A stretch of 64,000 nucleotides of DNA from an uncultured virus (IMG/VR IMGVR_UViG_3300033146_001099). Taxonomy: Duplodnaviria; Heunggongvirae; Uroviricota; Caudoviricetes. The position numbers were made by a program, and so were the translations under genes. Within the stretch, counting starts at the first letter, position 1. Each line of letters begins with the position of its first letter. Under the pieces are notes generated by a model. It ran no database searches, was not told the origin of the DNA, and saw only the letters and a program-made list of their open reading frames with translations. Positions 1-8,629 of this stretch are shown piece by piece. The DNA lies in the IMG/VR virus record IMGVR_UViG_3300033146_001099. One strand, given 5' to 3'.

Positions 1-46
1 ATAAGACTCGTTAATGATACTGTTGCCAAATATGAGGGAGTTGAAG

Positions 47-214
47 ATGCCTGAATATAATGACAAGAATATAGCAAGGCTGGCAGAAGAAGTAACTGAC
101 TCCGTTGACATGGATGCCCTTCGTCAGAACTTCTATGAGGATCAGTACGATTATTTCAAGAATGATAAGGAAGCATTCCTAGACACTTGGGATTACATGG
201 AGATTGAACTATAA
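47..214 (+). CDS. small acidic hypothetical protein
   Basis: Within ORF 14..214; GGAG RBS at 37-40 supports ATG 47. Confidence 0.6.
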   Translation: MPEYNDKNIARLAEEVTDSVDMDALRQNFYEDQYDYFKNDKEAFLDTWDYMEIEL

Positions 215-384
215 TGTACAAAATAGTAGTGAAGGAAGTGACTGATAGGGAGAGTGAGAACTTCGGCCAATACAAGGTTGTGGAGATGGTTAATAATGTA
301 ACTTACAATATTGGTGCATACATCTCTAGGGAAGCCGTAAAGAGTCTTGCTTTCAGACCGGCATATAAGGTTGTGGTACGATGA
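214..384 (+). CDS. hypothetical protein (56 aa, MYKIVVKEVTDRES...)
   Basis: Translated by hand; TAATG overlap with upstream stop and ATGA overlap with next ORF. Confidence 0.6.
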   Translation: MYKIVVKEVTDRESENFGQYKVVEMVNNVTYNIGAYISREAVKSLAFRPAYKVVVR

Positions 385-518
385 GTGAGTACAAAGATCT
401 AAGTTGCCCTGAGTGTACTGGTATAGTTAATGATTATGGTTTCTGTGAGGACTGTAGTTTTGATGTTGAACAAAATCTACAAGAAACCAATGAAGTGTGG
501 GACGAACTACTTCCCTAA
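381..518 (+). CDS. small Zn-ribbon protein (CPEC...CEDC, 45 aa)
   Basis: Translated by hand; ATGA coupling; its TAA stop forms the first 3 bp of the repeat at 516. Confidence 0.6.
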   Translation: MSEYKDLSCPECTGIVNDYGFCEDCSFDVEQNLQETNEVWDELLP

Positions 519-599
519 GTGCTGAGCCTGTAACGACTTAGAACAATAAGCGTGCGGCGGCGGCAAAATCGCCGTAAACCCTTTGATAGCAACGACTTA
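516..599. repeat. paired 25-bp quasi-palindromes, module A (516-540, 575-599)
   Basis: TAAGTGCTG-N7-AACGACTTA and TAAACCCTT-N7-AACGACTTA; starts 59 bp apart; GC-rich linker. Confidence 0.85.
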
Positions 600-640
600 A
601 AGCTGTTTTCTTTTTCTGCTACTTTAACTCAACTCTGAGC

Positions 641-668
641 TTGACATGGTCGATAATAATAGTATAAT
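641..668 (+). promoter_or_regulatory. sigma70-like promoter
   Basis: TTGACA-16nt-TATAAT; spacer contains TCGATA. Confidence 0.85.
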
Positions 669-696
669 GATACTATAACCTTAAAGGAGTTGAATT

Positions 697-1479
697 ATGT
701 TGAGTCTGAAACGGGCACGAGAAATTTCCAAAGCGTACGGTTTTTCCAGTCTAATTACTGAGCCTACGGCGAATGCCAAGCTACTTAAATCTAAGGATTG
801 GTATAATGCGGGCATTTCATTAGCACAGGCTATGCTGTCGGGATTCAATATGTGTTCCGCGTCTACTGTCCAATGTCGCAATGCTTGCCTAGGTGGAACC
901 GGGCGAGCCGAATTCACTCCAGCGATTGAAAAAGTACGCATTAGTCGGACTAAATTGTACGCTACAGACAGAGAGGTTTTTTGGTCCGTGTTGGAGCCGG
1001 AATTACATAAGGTAGATAGAAAAGCTAAAAAGTTAGGCTTGCCGGTCGCATTCCGTCCTAATATCCTATCCGATCAGCCTTGGCATATTCGCTATCCCGA
1101 AATGTTTAGCACGTTTGCACACTGGCAATTCTATGGCTATACGAAAGTTCGCAGCATGGTATCGGCAGCTATTGCGGGCAGTCTACCTAAAAATATGCAC
1201 GTCACCTATAGCTGGTCGGAAAAGTGCGGCCTAGATTATGTTGAGCAGTGTCTCGACAAAGGGATTAACGTTGCGGTTCCGTTTTATAATCTAGAAACTT
1301 TTAAGCCTATCATTCCGGCCAAATGGCACGGCTGGGATGTGGTTAGCGGTGATATCTCTGATTTGCGTTTCAACGATCCACAAGGCGTTATTGTGGGTTT
1401 GGGTGTCAAGTTGCCAAAAAATCTGAAAAAGGCAAAAGCCCGGATTGAACAGTCAAACGGTTTTTTCGTGGGAGTTTAA
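697..1479 (+). CDS. phage gp88-like protein (Cys-cluster, radical-SAM-like architecture)
   Basis: N-x-C-x6-C-x3-CL-x3-GR, FRPNILSD, FYGYTK, HVTYSWSE, GDISDLRF motifs; AAGGAG RBS. Confidence 0.7.
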   Translation: MLSLKRAREISKAYGFSSLITEPTANAKLLKSKDWYNAGISLAQAMLSGFNMCSASTVQCRNACLGGTGRAEFTPAIEKVRISRTKLYATDREVFWSVLEPELHKVDRKAKKLGLPVAFRPNILSDQPWHIRYPEMFSTFAHWQFYGYTKVRSMVSAAIAGSLPKNMHVTYSWSEKCGLDYVEQCLDKGINVAVPFYNLETFKPIIPAKWHGWDVVSGDISDLRFNDPQGVIVGLGVKLPKNLKKAKARIEQSNGFFVGV

Positions 1480-1480
1480 T

Positions 1481-1672
1481 ATGGGGATGACGTGGAATGA
1501 TTTGTATATGATGATACATGAGAAAGGGCATGTCGACCAAAACTTTTTAGAGGAGAGCGTCACAATTTATGATATGTCAGTGGGAGAATTTTACCCGTGC
1601 GATACTATAGAATTTGAAGAATCTGATGACGTGTTGGATAAGGGTTCTGTATTTTTAGAGATTAAAACTTAA
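1481..1672 (+). CDS. hypothetical protein
   Basis: ORF 1445..1672; ATG 1481 follows GGGAG. Confidence 0.65.
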   Translation: MGMTWNDLYMMIHEKGHVDQNFLEESVTIYDMSVGEFYPCDTIEFEESDDVLDKGSVFLEIKT

Positions 1673-1688
1673 CCAAGGAGCTTTTAGA

Positions 1689-1958
1689 ATGGCTGAAAAA
1701 AAGACTAGGATTAGTGTGACCCTAAAGGATTTTCTACGTGTGACGGTAAAAGAACGCACGACCTTTGAAACACCCGATGCGGCGGCAACAGAGTTAGGTT
1801 TTACGTCGGTGGATTCGTTCAAGCAGCGATTGACTACGATGCGGAAACGTTATCCGGCGATCTTCTCGAACGTCGATAAGTATACGGCCAATAATGGGCC
1901 GCGTATAGCCGACGAACAAGAGGCTTTAGCTTTGCTAGACGAATTGGATTCGGAATAG
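1689..1958 (+). CDS. hypothetical protein, possible HTH DNA-binding
   Basis: AAGGAG RBS; 'AAATELGF' resembles an HTH segment. Confidence 0.65.
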   Translation: MAEKKTRISVTLKDFLRVTVKERTTFETPDAAATELGFTSVDSFKQRLTTMRKRYPAIFSNVDKYTANNGPRIADEQEALALLDELDSE

Positions 1959-2032
1959 TGTGGCTACTTCCTGCTGTCATGGTGGGAATAGTAATCTTTG
2001 CTGCGATTGCTATGTGGCTAGAAGCAACACCC

Positions 2033-2065
2033 CCCCGTTAGGTGGAACCCTAGCGGGGTTTTTTT
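2033..2065 (+). terminator. intrinsic terminator
   Basis: CCCCGTTAGG/CCTAGCGGGG stem followed by T7. Confidence 0.85.
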
Positions 2066-2070
2066 ATTCG

Positions 2071-2154
2071 TAACCTGTTGATACCAAAGGGTTTAGGCCG
2101 AAAAATCCGGCCCGCCCGGCGAATCGCCGTAACCCTTGCCTATCAAAGGACTTA
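2071..2154. repeat. paired 25-bp quasi-palindromes, module B (2071-2095, 2130-2154)
   Basis: TAACCTGTT-N7-AAGGGTTTA and TAACCCTTG-N7-AAGGACTTA; 59-bp spacing; linker GGCCGAAAAATCCGGCCCGCCCGGCGAATCGCCG. Confidence 0.9.
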
Positions 2155-2185
2155 GAACTACTTTATTTTTATGTAAAGTTTAGCC

Positions 2186-2213
2186 TTGTAAATGCCGATA
2201 ATAATAGTATAAT
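2186..2213 (+). promoter_or_regulatory. sigma70-like promoter
   Basis: TTGTAA-16nt-TATAAT; spacer GCCGATAATAATAG nearly identical to the promoter at 641. Confidence 0.75.
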
Positions 2214-2219
2214 CAAAGC

Positions 2220-2438
2220 ATGGAGACAAGACAAATGAAAACTGAAATGCTGATTCAGTGCTGCGAGTGCAACACAATGTCAGAACGGACGATTACTTTG
2301 GAGATCCCTGCCCTACAGGGTTGGAATCGGACGGGTGCAATCGCTTGCACAATAGACCGGGCTCGTCGGGTCTTTCCTAATCTATCAGAACTTGAGCTAC
2401 GAATGTTTGTAGAAACTAAATGTGAAAAATGTGCTTGA
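2220..2438 (+). CDS. small Cys-containing hypothetical protein, possibly leaderless
   Basis: CCEC and CEKC motifs; ATG 7 nt after the -10 box. Confidence 0.6.
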   Translation: METRQMKTEMLIQCCECNTMSERTITLEIPALQGWNRTGAIACTIDRARRVFPNLSELELRMFVETKCEKCA

Positions 2439-2463
2439 CATCCGACTAGTTGGATGTTACAAT
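2435..2463 (+). promoter_or_regulatory. sigma70-like promoter
   Basis: TTGACA-17nt-TACAAT with extended -10 TG. Confidence 0.75.
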
Positions 2464-2506
2464 TAAAATATCAGAAGTTTCGTTTCTTTCTTTAGGAGAT
2501 TTTGTT

Positions 2507-3463
2507 ATGTCGGCACGAGTCGAACAAATGGCGTATTTTGGTGAGGTTCCGTGGCATGGTCTAGGTAATACCCTGGACGGTACTGAGGACGTGGAAGGCG
2601 TCATGCTTAAGGCAGGCTTAGATTGGACGGTCAAGACTGAAACTCTTTATCGTAAAATCGGTGACAGCTACGTCGATTACAAGCTTGGTCGTGCTAGCGT
2701 CCGACAGTCGGATAATTCAGACTTGGGATGCGTCGGCCCACGCTGGACACCGTTACAGAATGCTGATGCGTTTAGGGTTTTCGAGCCGCTCGTAAACTCT
2801 GGCGATATGGCTTGGCATACTGCCGGGTCACTCAAAAACGGGCAGAGAGTTTGGGTTATGTGCCAATTGAACCTGGATAATTCGGTGATCGTCCCTGGTG
2901 ACGAAATCCGCAAATTTGCGTTACTCTCAAACGGCCATGATGGCAAGCTGGCGGTTCACTTTGGCTTCACCCCAATTCGGGTGGTGTGTGCCAATACGGA
3001 GGCTCTTGCCCGTGGTTCCGAGGCATCGAAATTGATTCGAGTTCGGCATCATCAGTTCGTGAAAGAAAACGTGGAGAAGCTTCGTGATATCATGAACCTT
3101 GCCGATCAGGAATTTGAGGCTACTTGCGATCAGTACCGATTCCTCGCTAGTCGCGGAATTAACAAAGCTGATCTTAAAAAGTACGTTAAATTGGTGTTTG
3201 AAGTTCACGACAAGGAAGATACGGACATCTCCACTCGAACCAAGAACATTATCGCAAAGGTGGAAAACTTGTTTGAGACTGGTCGCGGTACCGATGTGCC
3301 GGGAGTGACCGGGACATGGTGGGGAGCATATAATGCTGTCTCCGAGTACCTCAATTACGACAAAGGTAATAACGAGGCAAACCGAATGGACTCGCTTTGG
3401 TTTGGGCCAAATGGTAACCAAAACCAAAAGGCCCTTCTACAGGCTGTGACTCTGGCCGCCTAG
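2507..3463 (+). CDS. DUF932 family phage/plasmid protein
   Basis: PWHGLG, LDWTV, TAGSL..GQRVW, NGHDG, TPIRVVCANT, GTWWGAYNAVSEY; AGGAG RBS before ATG 2507. Confidence 0.9.
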   Translation: MSARVEQMAYFGEVPWHGLGNTLDGTEDVEGVMLKAGLDWTVKTETLYRKIGDSYVDYKLGRASVRQSDNSDLGCVGPRWTPLQNADAFRVFEPLVNSGDMAWHTAGSLKNGQRVWVMCQLNLDNSVIVPGDEIRKFALLSNGHDGKLAVHFGFTPIRVVCANTEALARGSEASKLIRVRHHQFVKENVEKLRDIMNLADQEFEATCDQYRFLASRGINKADLKKYVKLVFEVHDKEDTDISTRTKNIIAKVENLFETGRGTDVPGVTGTWWGAYNAVSEYLNYDKGNNEANRMDSLWFGPNGNQNQKALLQAVTLAA

Positions 3464-3486
3464 AAATTTGGAGCTTGGAGCTTGGA

Positions 3487-3512
3487 ACCTCACCCGCAAG
3501 GGTGGGGTTTTT
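3487..3512 (+). terminator. intrinsic terminator
   Basis: ACCTCACCC-GCAA-GGGTGGGGT followed by T tract. Confidence 0.85.
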
Positions 3513-3521
3513 TATTTGACT

Positions 3522-3655
3522 TAACCTGTTGGTATGAAAAGACTTAGGCCGAAAAATCCGGCCCGCCCGGCGAATCGTCGTAACCCCTTGGTATGAAAGG
3601 ACTTACGGCGTTTTTTATTTAAATTCGATGTAACTCCTTTTAGGCTAAAGACTTA
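3522..3655. repeat. 25-bp quasi-palindromes, module C (3522-3546, 3581-3605, third copy 3631-3655)
   Basis: Same consensus; first two 59 bp apart; linker 33/34 identical to module B. Confidence 0.9.
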
Positions 3656-3657
3656 CG

Positions 3658-3686
3658 TTGACATGTGTCGATATATATAGTATAAT
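3658..3686 (+). promoter_or_regulatory. sigma70-like promoter with no obvious downstream gene
   Basis: TTGACA-17nt-TATAAT; spacer contains TCGATA. Confidence 0.8.
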
Positions 3687-3778
3687 GTAGTACAGGGGGT
3701 ACAGGTAAGGTAGAGAAGATAAAAAAAGTAGAGAAACAAATCGAGACTCGGGTCGGCGTCGAGGTGATCTGGACGGAT

Positions 3779-4300
3779 TGTACCAGCCGTTCCAGCTTGA
3801 GTAGTCTACGAATTGTCTGTATCTCGCGAGTTTTTATAGTCTGTCTGGCCCTGCGAGCACGTCGGTTATATTTACAGTTCGGCCCTGTACCACCCCAGCT
3901 AGCTTAAGCAGCTCCAGGCACGCCAGTTTAATAGTCTAGGGGTAGTCAATGGCACTGGAGTAGCACGCGGGTTTAATAACTCAGAGTATAATTGAATATA
4001 AGTGCTGACTGTATAGGAGATACTATGAGACCTGAATATCGTATATGTAAAAAATGTAATATAGAAAAAGAACTACAGAGATTCGCGGCAAGTAAGCAAT
4101 GTAAATGGGGTCGGGAATGGCGATGCAACACTTGTAAGTGTAGGGCTGTAGCACCCCTTCCAGCTTGGTACGCCCTTCCTTTCTTTGCACGCCAGTTTCG
4201 TAGTCACTGCGTGATCTGTAGCACCCCAGTTAGCTTGGGAACCGCCAATCTAATCTATGCACGCGAGTTAGTCTATAACATGAATTGGCACGGGAGTTAT
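3779..4300 (+). repeat. degenerate bipartite direct repeats
   Basis: TGTASCACCCC...AGCTT at 3779, 3886, 4147, 4217, each followed by a GCACGCSAGTT...TAGTC-like box; extra single boxes near 3857, 3963, 4288. Confidence 0.7.
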
Positions 4301-4327
4301 TTTAATTAAAAAATAAGGTAGAGAAGA

Positions 4328-4657
4328 CTATTGAAGCAGGCAAAAGACAACCCATAGCTGAGCAAGACTCAACGCAGCTAGACCTAGATAGGCCGACCGT
4401 GGTTTGGTCTTGTATAGCTTAAGAAGTGTGGCCGCAATTACCCATAGGCCAGCCATTTTGAGAGTCATGAAGAGAGCCACGGAATTCCCGTCAGCCATAA
4501 TCAGCCACGCACCTATTGGATTTTGTTCATTCGCTATGACATTGGCTTGAAATTTGATCGTAAGGTAGTGGTCAATCAGGCTTATTAAAAGAATCCAAAT
4601 AAAGCCCGCCACTAGTATCTTATCATAATATAATGTTTTCATTTGATTTAAAAACAA
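4328..4657 (-). CDS. small membrane protein (DUF5658-like)
   Basis: Three hydrophobic segments; D..LT and EQNPI motifs. Confidence 0.7.
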   Translation of the reverse strand: MFLNQMKTLYYDKILVAGFIWILLISLIDHYLTIKFQANVIANEQNPIGAWLIMADGNSVALFMTLKMAGLWVIAATLLKLYKTKPRSAYLGLAALSLAQLWVVFCLLQ

Positions 4658-5264
4658 ACCCCCGTAAAATGTACCTGTCGGGATAGTCTTCTTTCATTTG
4701 GACAGAATGCCACGAGTTGTCACATGGGGCGAATACAAATAAAGTATTGCGAATGTATTCAGCCTGCTTAACGATGGTAAAATCAGACCAAGCCGCGTGA
4801 GTACGATCTTCCTGGGTCAGAGAGGACATGTCTTTTTGAGGAACACAAATATTAGTTCCCATGTCCGTTGGCGATCCTTCGGTCGGCATATAAACCATAT
4901 AGCTAACTAGCTTTATTAGCATGTCTCTATGTGGGGTAATCTTATAAGGGAATCTGCTTTTTTGAAACTTACCTACTGAATAGCCGCGTTCCCGCTTATT
5001 AAATTTATCTAGGAATAACTGGGCTATTGTATCGCTCTCTAAAAAATCCAGAACTTTTCGCCCTAGCACCCCTTCTTCCAACATGCTGGTAAAGTTTGTA
5101 AGACTTGGAAATCCTTCTACACTGTCCTTAGTAGCCTTATAGTTGAATACTTCTTTTTCCAACTCAGAATAAAAAAAGTCAGAAAAAACGTCTCTTATGA
5201 TCAGGTGAGGATAAGGAAACTCGATGATCCTGCCCGCACGTAGCTTTTCCTCAAATTCTTTCAA
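4623..5264 (-). CDS. 2OG-Fe(II) oxygenase-like protein
   Basis: PYPH, PHRD (HxD), SWHSV and downstream R; probable TTG start at 5264 coupled to the upstream stop. Confidence 0.75.
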   Translation of the reverse strand: MKEFEEKLRAGRIIEFPYPHLIIRDVFSDFFYSELEKEVFNYKATKDSVEGFPSLTNFTSMLEEGVLGRKVLDFLESDTIAQLFLDKFNKRERGYSVGKFQKSRFPYKITPHRDMLIKLVSYMVYMPTEGSPTDMGTNICVPQKDMSSLTQEDRTHAAWSDFTIVKQAEYIRNTLFVFAPCDNSWHSVQMKEDYPDRYILRGFVFKSNENIIL

Positions 5265-5446
5265 ATCGAGTAATCCGATATGTAAAAAGATAAGGTATAA
5301 ACCAGGACAATTAATACAGAGATGACTACGATATAGCACCCAAGCAATACCTCGTTTTCAATATATTTCATGCTTTTTGCCGTGTAAGGTTCCTCATTCT
5401 TCCCTAATATTCCCAGTCTTTCATCCGAATATATTGTTCCCACCAT
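5261..5446 (-). CDS. small membrane protein
   Basis: C-terminal hydrophobic stretch; translationally coupled to the oxygenase. Confidence 0.5.
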   Translation of the reverse strand: MVGTIYSDERLGILGKNEEPYTAKSMKYIENEVLLGCYIVVISVLIVLVYTLSFYISDYSI

Positions 5447-5613
5447 CCACCCCGCACTCCGAAGAGGCGGCTACTAAAAAGAACAACGAGAAAAAACCCC
5501 ATTGAGCTGGGAGGTTTCTGGGGTGGCTCGTCCCATCTTTCTACCTTTTTTCACCTGCATGAATGTGTGGTAGTCAGCAAGCCTAATTCTCTCGTTGTTC
5601 CCTTAATTATACA

Positions 5614-5886
5614 CTAGGAATCCTTGTTTGCAAGCCTCTCAGACCGCTTTTTAAGAATTTTATAGAAGTTTGTAGCTTCCTCAACCTTCCCGGTTAATTC
5701 TTCCTGAGAAATAATCTCTTTGTCAAGTAGAAGGGAAATTAATCCAAAGAACATTAGATCCTTGACCTCTTCGGAGTGTTCCATCTGAAAGAAGTCTTTC
5801 GCTACTTCATTGAGGGCGGCGTCCCTAACAAAAGGATTATCTGATTCCAGCTCAGAGTTCGGGGTATAATCCATTCTTCTCTCCAT
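5614..5886 (-). CDS. hypothetical protein
   Basis: 90 aa ORF with protein-like composition (LLLDKEIISQEEL). Confidence 0.7.
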   Translation of the reverse strand: MERRMDYTPNSELESDNPFVRDAALNEVAKDFFQMEHSEEVKDLMFFGLISLLLDKEIISQEELTGKVEEATNFYKILKKRSERLANKDS

Positions 5887-6195
5887 CTTTAAAGGGTTTA
5901 AAGGTTTAAAATAATTATTCTTCCAGATTCGTCTTGCCCTCTAGTGGGGACGGAAACCTCGTTGAAGCTCACTGTGTCCTCACAACTGCTAAGTAATATT
6001 TTCTTCTACTATAGTTGTACTACCGGCGAGAACTTTGAAGAAAGAAATCTGGAAAGAAATCCCAGAAAGTTTCAGGAGTATAATTAAAGTGGCACCCAAC
6101 CTGAAATAAAAGTGGCCGTTAAAAGCACTTGAGCATGTCAGTCGTCGTTTTGCGGGAGTTTTATCTTCTTATTATCTTTTTCCTCTACTTTATTC

Positions 6196-6224
6196 TTGAC
6201 ACATTACAATAACAATGGTACAAT
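6196..6224 (+). promoter_or_regulatory. sigma70-like promoter
   Basis: TTGACA-17nt-TACAAT with TG. Confidence 0.65.
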
Positions 6225-6696
6225 GAACATGTAGTAACTGAATAGTACGCTGTTTTACGGGAGTTTTGCTTAATTAAACAGAAGATTTAAGTGGCTGAAT
6301 TCAAAGGGTCACTTATTGTGGGGGACGCACATGCCATGAAGCAGCCAGCCAAAATCCGACAGCCACAAGAGAGGTTGCTAGCTTACTAGTTGTTATAGTG
6401 TTTAAGGGACTCAGTACAAACAAAAACAATAGAAAATAAGCGGTTTTTCCGGTACGAAAGACGAATCACCAATTTCGACTAAAAAACCACCTCAGCAGGC
6501 GACGACACAACATAGTACATCAATCCCCTATGACCTCTGGTCCTATATGTAGTCAAATGTGTTATAGCCAATTAAAGAATTAGAAAGAATAAGAAACCTT
6601 TGACAGGCGAATCAAAACTATTTTGTGTATTAATTAAGAGTTCTTCCAATTTGGAGCCTCAACACACGAGGCGATGAACATTAAGAAAGGTTGATA

Positions 6697-6915
6697 ATGG
6701 ACACAATTATTCAGAGGTTTCATTGGTTTGCGGGTATTACTATTCTAGCACTTATTGGTTTGTTGGTGGTCTTGGGTTTTAGCCGAATTGAATGGCTAGA
6801 TATGGTACTCGGGATTGCTCTCGCTATACTAGGTTGGTTTGCCGGTGTAAATGGAGGTATTGCGGCTACATTGATGAAATTCGATAATATCAATAAGGAT
6901 GAAGGAAATGACTGA
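6697..6915 (+). CDS. two-TM membrane protein
   Basis: Two hydrophobic helices. Confidence 0.7.
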   Translation: MDTIIQRFHWFAGITILALIGLLVVLGFSRIEWLDMVLGIALAILGWFAGVNGGIAATLMKFDNINKDEGND

Positions 6916-7276
6916 CCACTTGATGTTTACAATAACTACTCCAGAGAACCTTTTACATCTTGCTCTCTATGCAGCAGTAAATATAGAAGATGAGAATAAT
7001 AGCGTACGTTTGGTGGCGGATGAGCTAATCTTGGGCTATATAATTCACGATTTCTCTAAGGATAAAACAAAGGAGTACACCGAAAAAGACATGCAAGAGA
7101 AATATCACAGCATGTGCCTGGATTTTACCTTGACAAGGATGGAACAGGAAGGTTTAATAGAGGTAGACTTATCAGGAGAAGAAGCGTCTTATAAGCTAAC
7201 TAGCAAAGGAAAAAAGTACCTATCAACGATGCCAACTACTATGCCATTTTTTAAAAGGGATGATTCTGATGACTAA
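6908..7276 (+). CDS. hypothetical protein with winged-helix-like C-terminus
   Basis: LTRMEQEGLIE...YKLTSKGKKYL. Confidence 0.7.
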   Translation: MTDHLMFTITTPENLLHLALYAAVNIEDENNSVRLVADELILGYIIHDFSKDKTKEYTEKDMQEKYHSMCLDFTLTRMEQEGLIEVDLSGEEASYKLTSKGKKYLSTMPTTMPFFKRDDSDD

Positions 7277-7454
7277 TGAAGACTATTGCCAGAACTGCGA
7301 AGGCAGCGGAAAAGACATTGAAAATGTTTGTCCGAAGTGCCAAGAGAACGAGGCTCATAGTGAATGTGTCATTAATATCGTAGAGGTTCCTTGCCTGCAT
7401 TGTGATTGGGAAGGATACGTTCGAGTCTGTGGGGAACTAGATGGAGATTATTAA
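7269..7454 (+). CDS. small Cys-rich protein (DnaJ-type Zn finger-like)
   Basis: CQNCEGSG, CPKC, CLHC. Confidence 0.6.
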   Translation: MTNEDYCQNCEGSGKDIENVCPKCQENEAHSECVINIVEVPCLHCDWEGYVRVCGELDGDY

Positions 7455-8011
7455 TGATAAACCCTAAGAATATCGTACGATACGATTATAGCTACCGCGA
7501 GCTGGAAGAGCTACTTATCTTCTGCGTCTGTGTGGCAGGTAAGAGGGCGAAAGATATCGCTCCCCGTGTCCATAGTCTGTGTAACCGGATAGCGAGTCCA
7601 CTTTGTTTGAATATCTACTATACTAGGGAAGAATTAGCAAAACGTCTTAAAAAATTAGGTATCGGTTGCTACAACGCAAAAGCAGGGACTATCTATGATA
7701 TAGTTGGTCCGAATGGTCCTGGTGACCTTCGTACGTGCTCGCTGAGCGACCTGGAAGCGATTAAAGGTATCGGACCTAAAACCTCGCGGTTCTTTCTTAT
7801 GTCGTCACGAGCGGGAGTCGTACACGCCACGCTGGATACACATCTTCTACGTTGGATGCGAGACAATGGAGTGGAAAATGTTCCTAAATCGACGCCAACT
7901 GGCAAAAGATACCTTGACTTAGAGAAAACATTTATTACAATGATACCAGAAGGCAAGAGTGCCGCCGAATTTGACCTGGAAATTTGGAACAAGTATAGTA
8001 ATGGGAGTTAA
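7454..8011 (+). CDS. HhH-GPD N-glycosylase/AP lyase (OGG-like)
   Basis: ELLIFCVCVAG, IKGIGPKTSRFF, LDTHLLRWM, YLDLE, DLEIW. Confidence 0.8.
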   Translation: MINPKNIVRYDYSYRELEELLIFCVCVAGKRAKDIAPRVHSLCNRIASPLCLNIYYTREELAKRLKKLGIGCYNAKAGTIYDIVGPNGPGDLRTCSLSDLEAIKGIGPKTSRFFLMSSRAGVVHATLDTHLLRWMRDNGVENVPKSTPTGKRYLDLEKTFITMIPEGKSAAEFDLEIWNKYSNGS

Positions 8012-8135
8012 GTTATGGCTACTGTCGCTTGGTGGATTTTAGTGGGAACTTTTCTTTGCTCTATCCATTACCAAGAAAGTGCTACTATAGTCTTGGGTTT
8101 TATCCTCACTCGTTCATACCTAAAGGTATAAAAAC

Positions 8136-8339
8136 ATGACAAAAGAAATCGTTGAACAATACATGGAAGATAACGCATTTCTCAACGCCGATCATAAATT
8201 GAGAATCCATGAGGTGTATGCTGGGCGTTTTCGAGTTAACGTATGGCAGCACGATCCCGTTAATAAGATTTATAGCTCTTACTTTATTCGGGCTAATGAG
8301 AGCGGGGTCATCTCTTGTGATCCACAGTTGGGTGCATAA
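8136..8339 (+). CDS. hypothetical protein
   Basis: ORF with RBS; coupled to the next gene. Confidence 0.65.
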   Translation: MTKEIVEQYMEDNAFLNADHKLRIHEVYAGRFRVNVWQHDPVNKIYSSYFIRANESGVISCDPQLGA

Positions 8340-8629
8340 TGCCTGATCTAATATCACAATCGTTTTTGTATTGCCCTTCTGTTGAGAACTTCACCTCAGT
8401 TAAGGGTAGTAAAAACTACCTTGTTCGTCATGGAGCGTCCCCATATGGTAAACACCTATATGAATGGCATTGTGAGTGTGACGGTTTCAAATACCGTAAG
8501 AAGTGCCGACATATAGAAGAAGCAAAGAAAGAATACTGTGGATGGGATCAGTTTACTGATGGAGAGGCGGCTGGAGCTCAATGTCCACGATGTGGAGAGA
8601 AACTGTTAAGTAGAGAGGTACGAGTATAA
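8339..8629 (+). CDS. SWIM zinc-finger protein
   Basis: WHCECDGFKYRKKCRHI; also CPRC. Confidence 0.8.
   Translation: MPDLISQSFLYCPSVENFTSVKGSKNYLVRHGASPYGKHLYEWHCECDGFKYRKKCRHIEEAKKEYCGWDQFTDGEAAGAQCPRCGEKLLSREVRV

Noticed and set aside
516..4300. CRISPR array interpretation of the repeats
   Set aside because: Repeats are degenerate, linkers are near-identical or irregular rather than unique spacers, and no cas genes are present.
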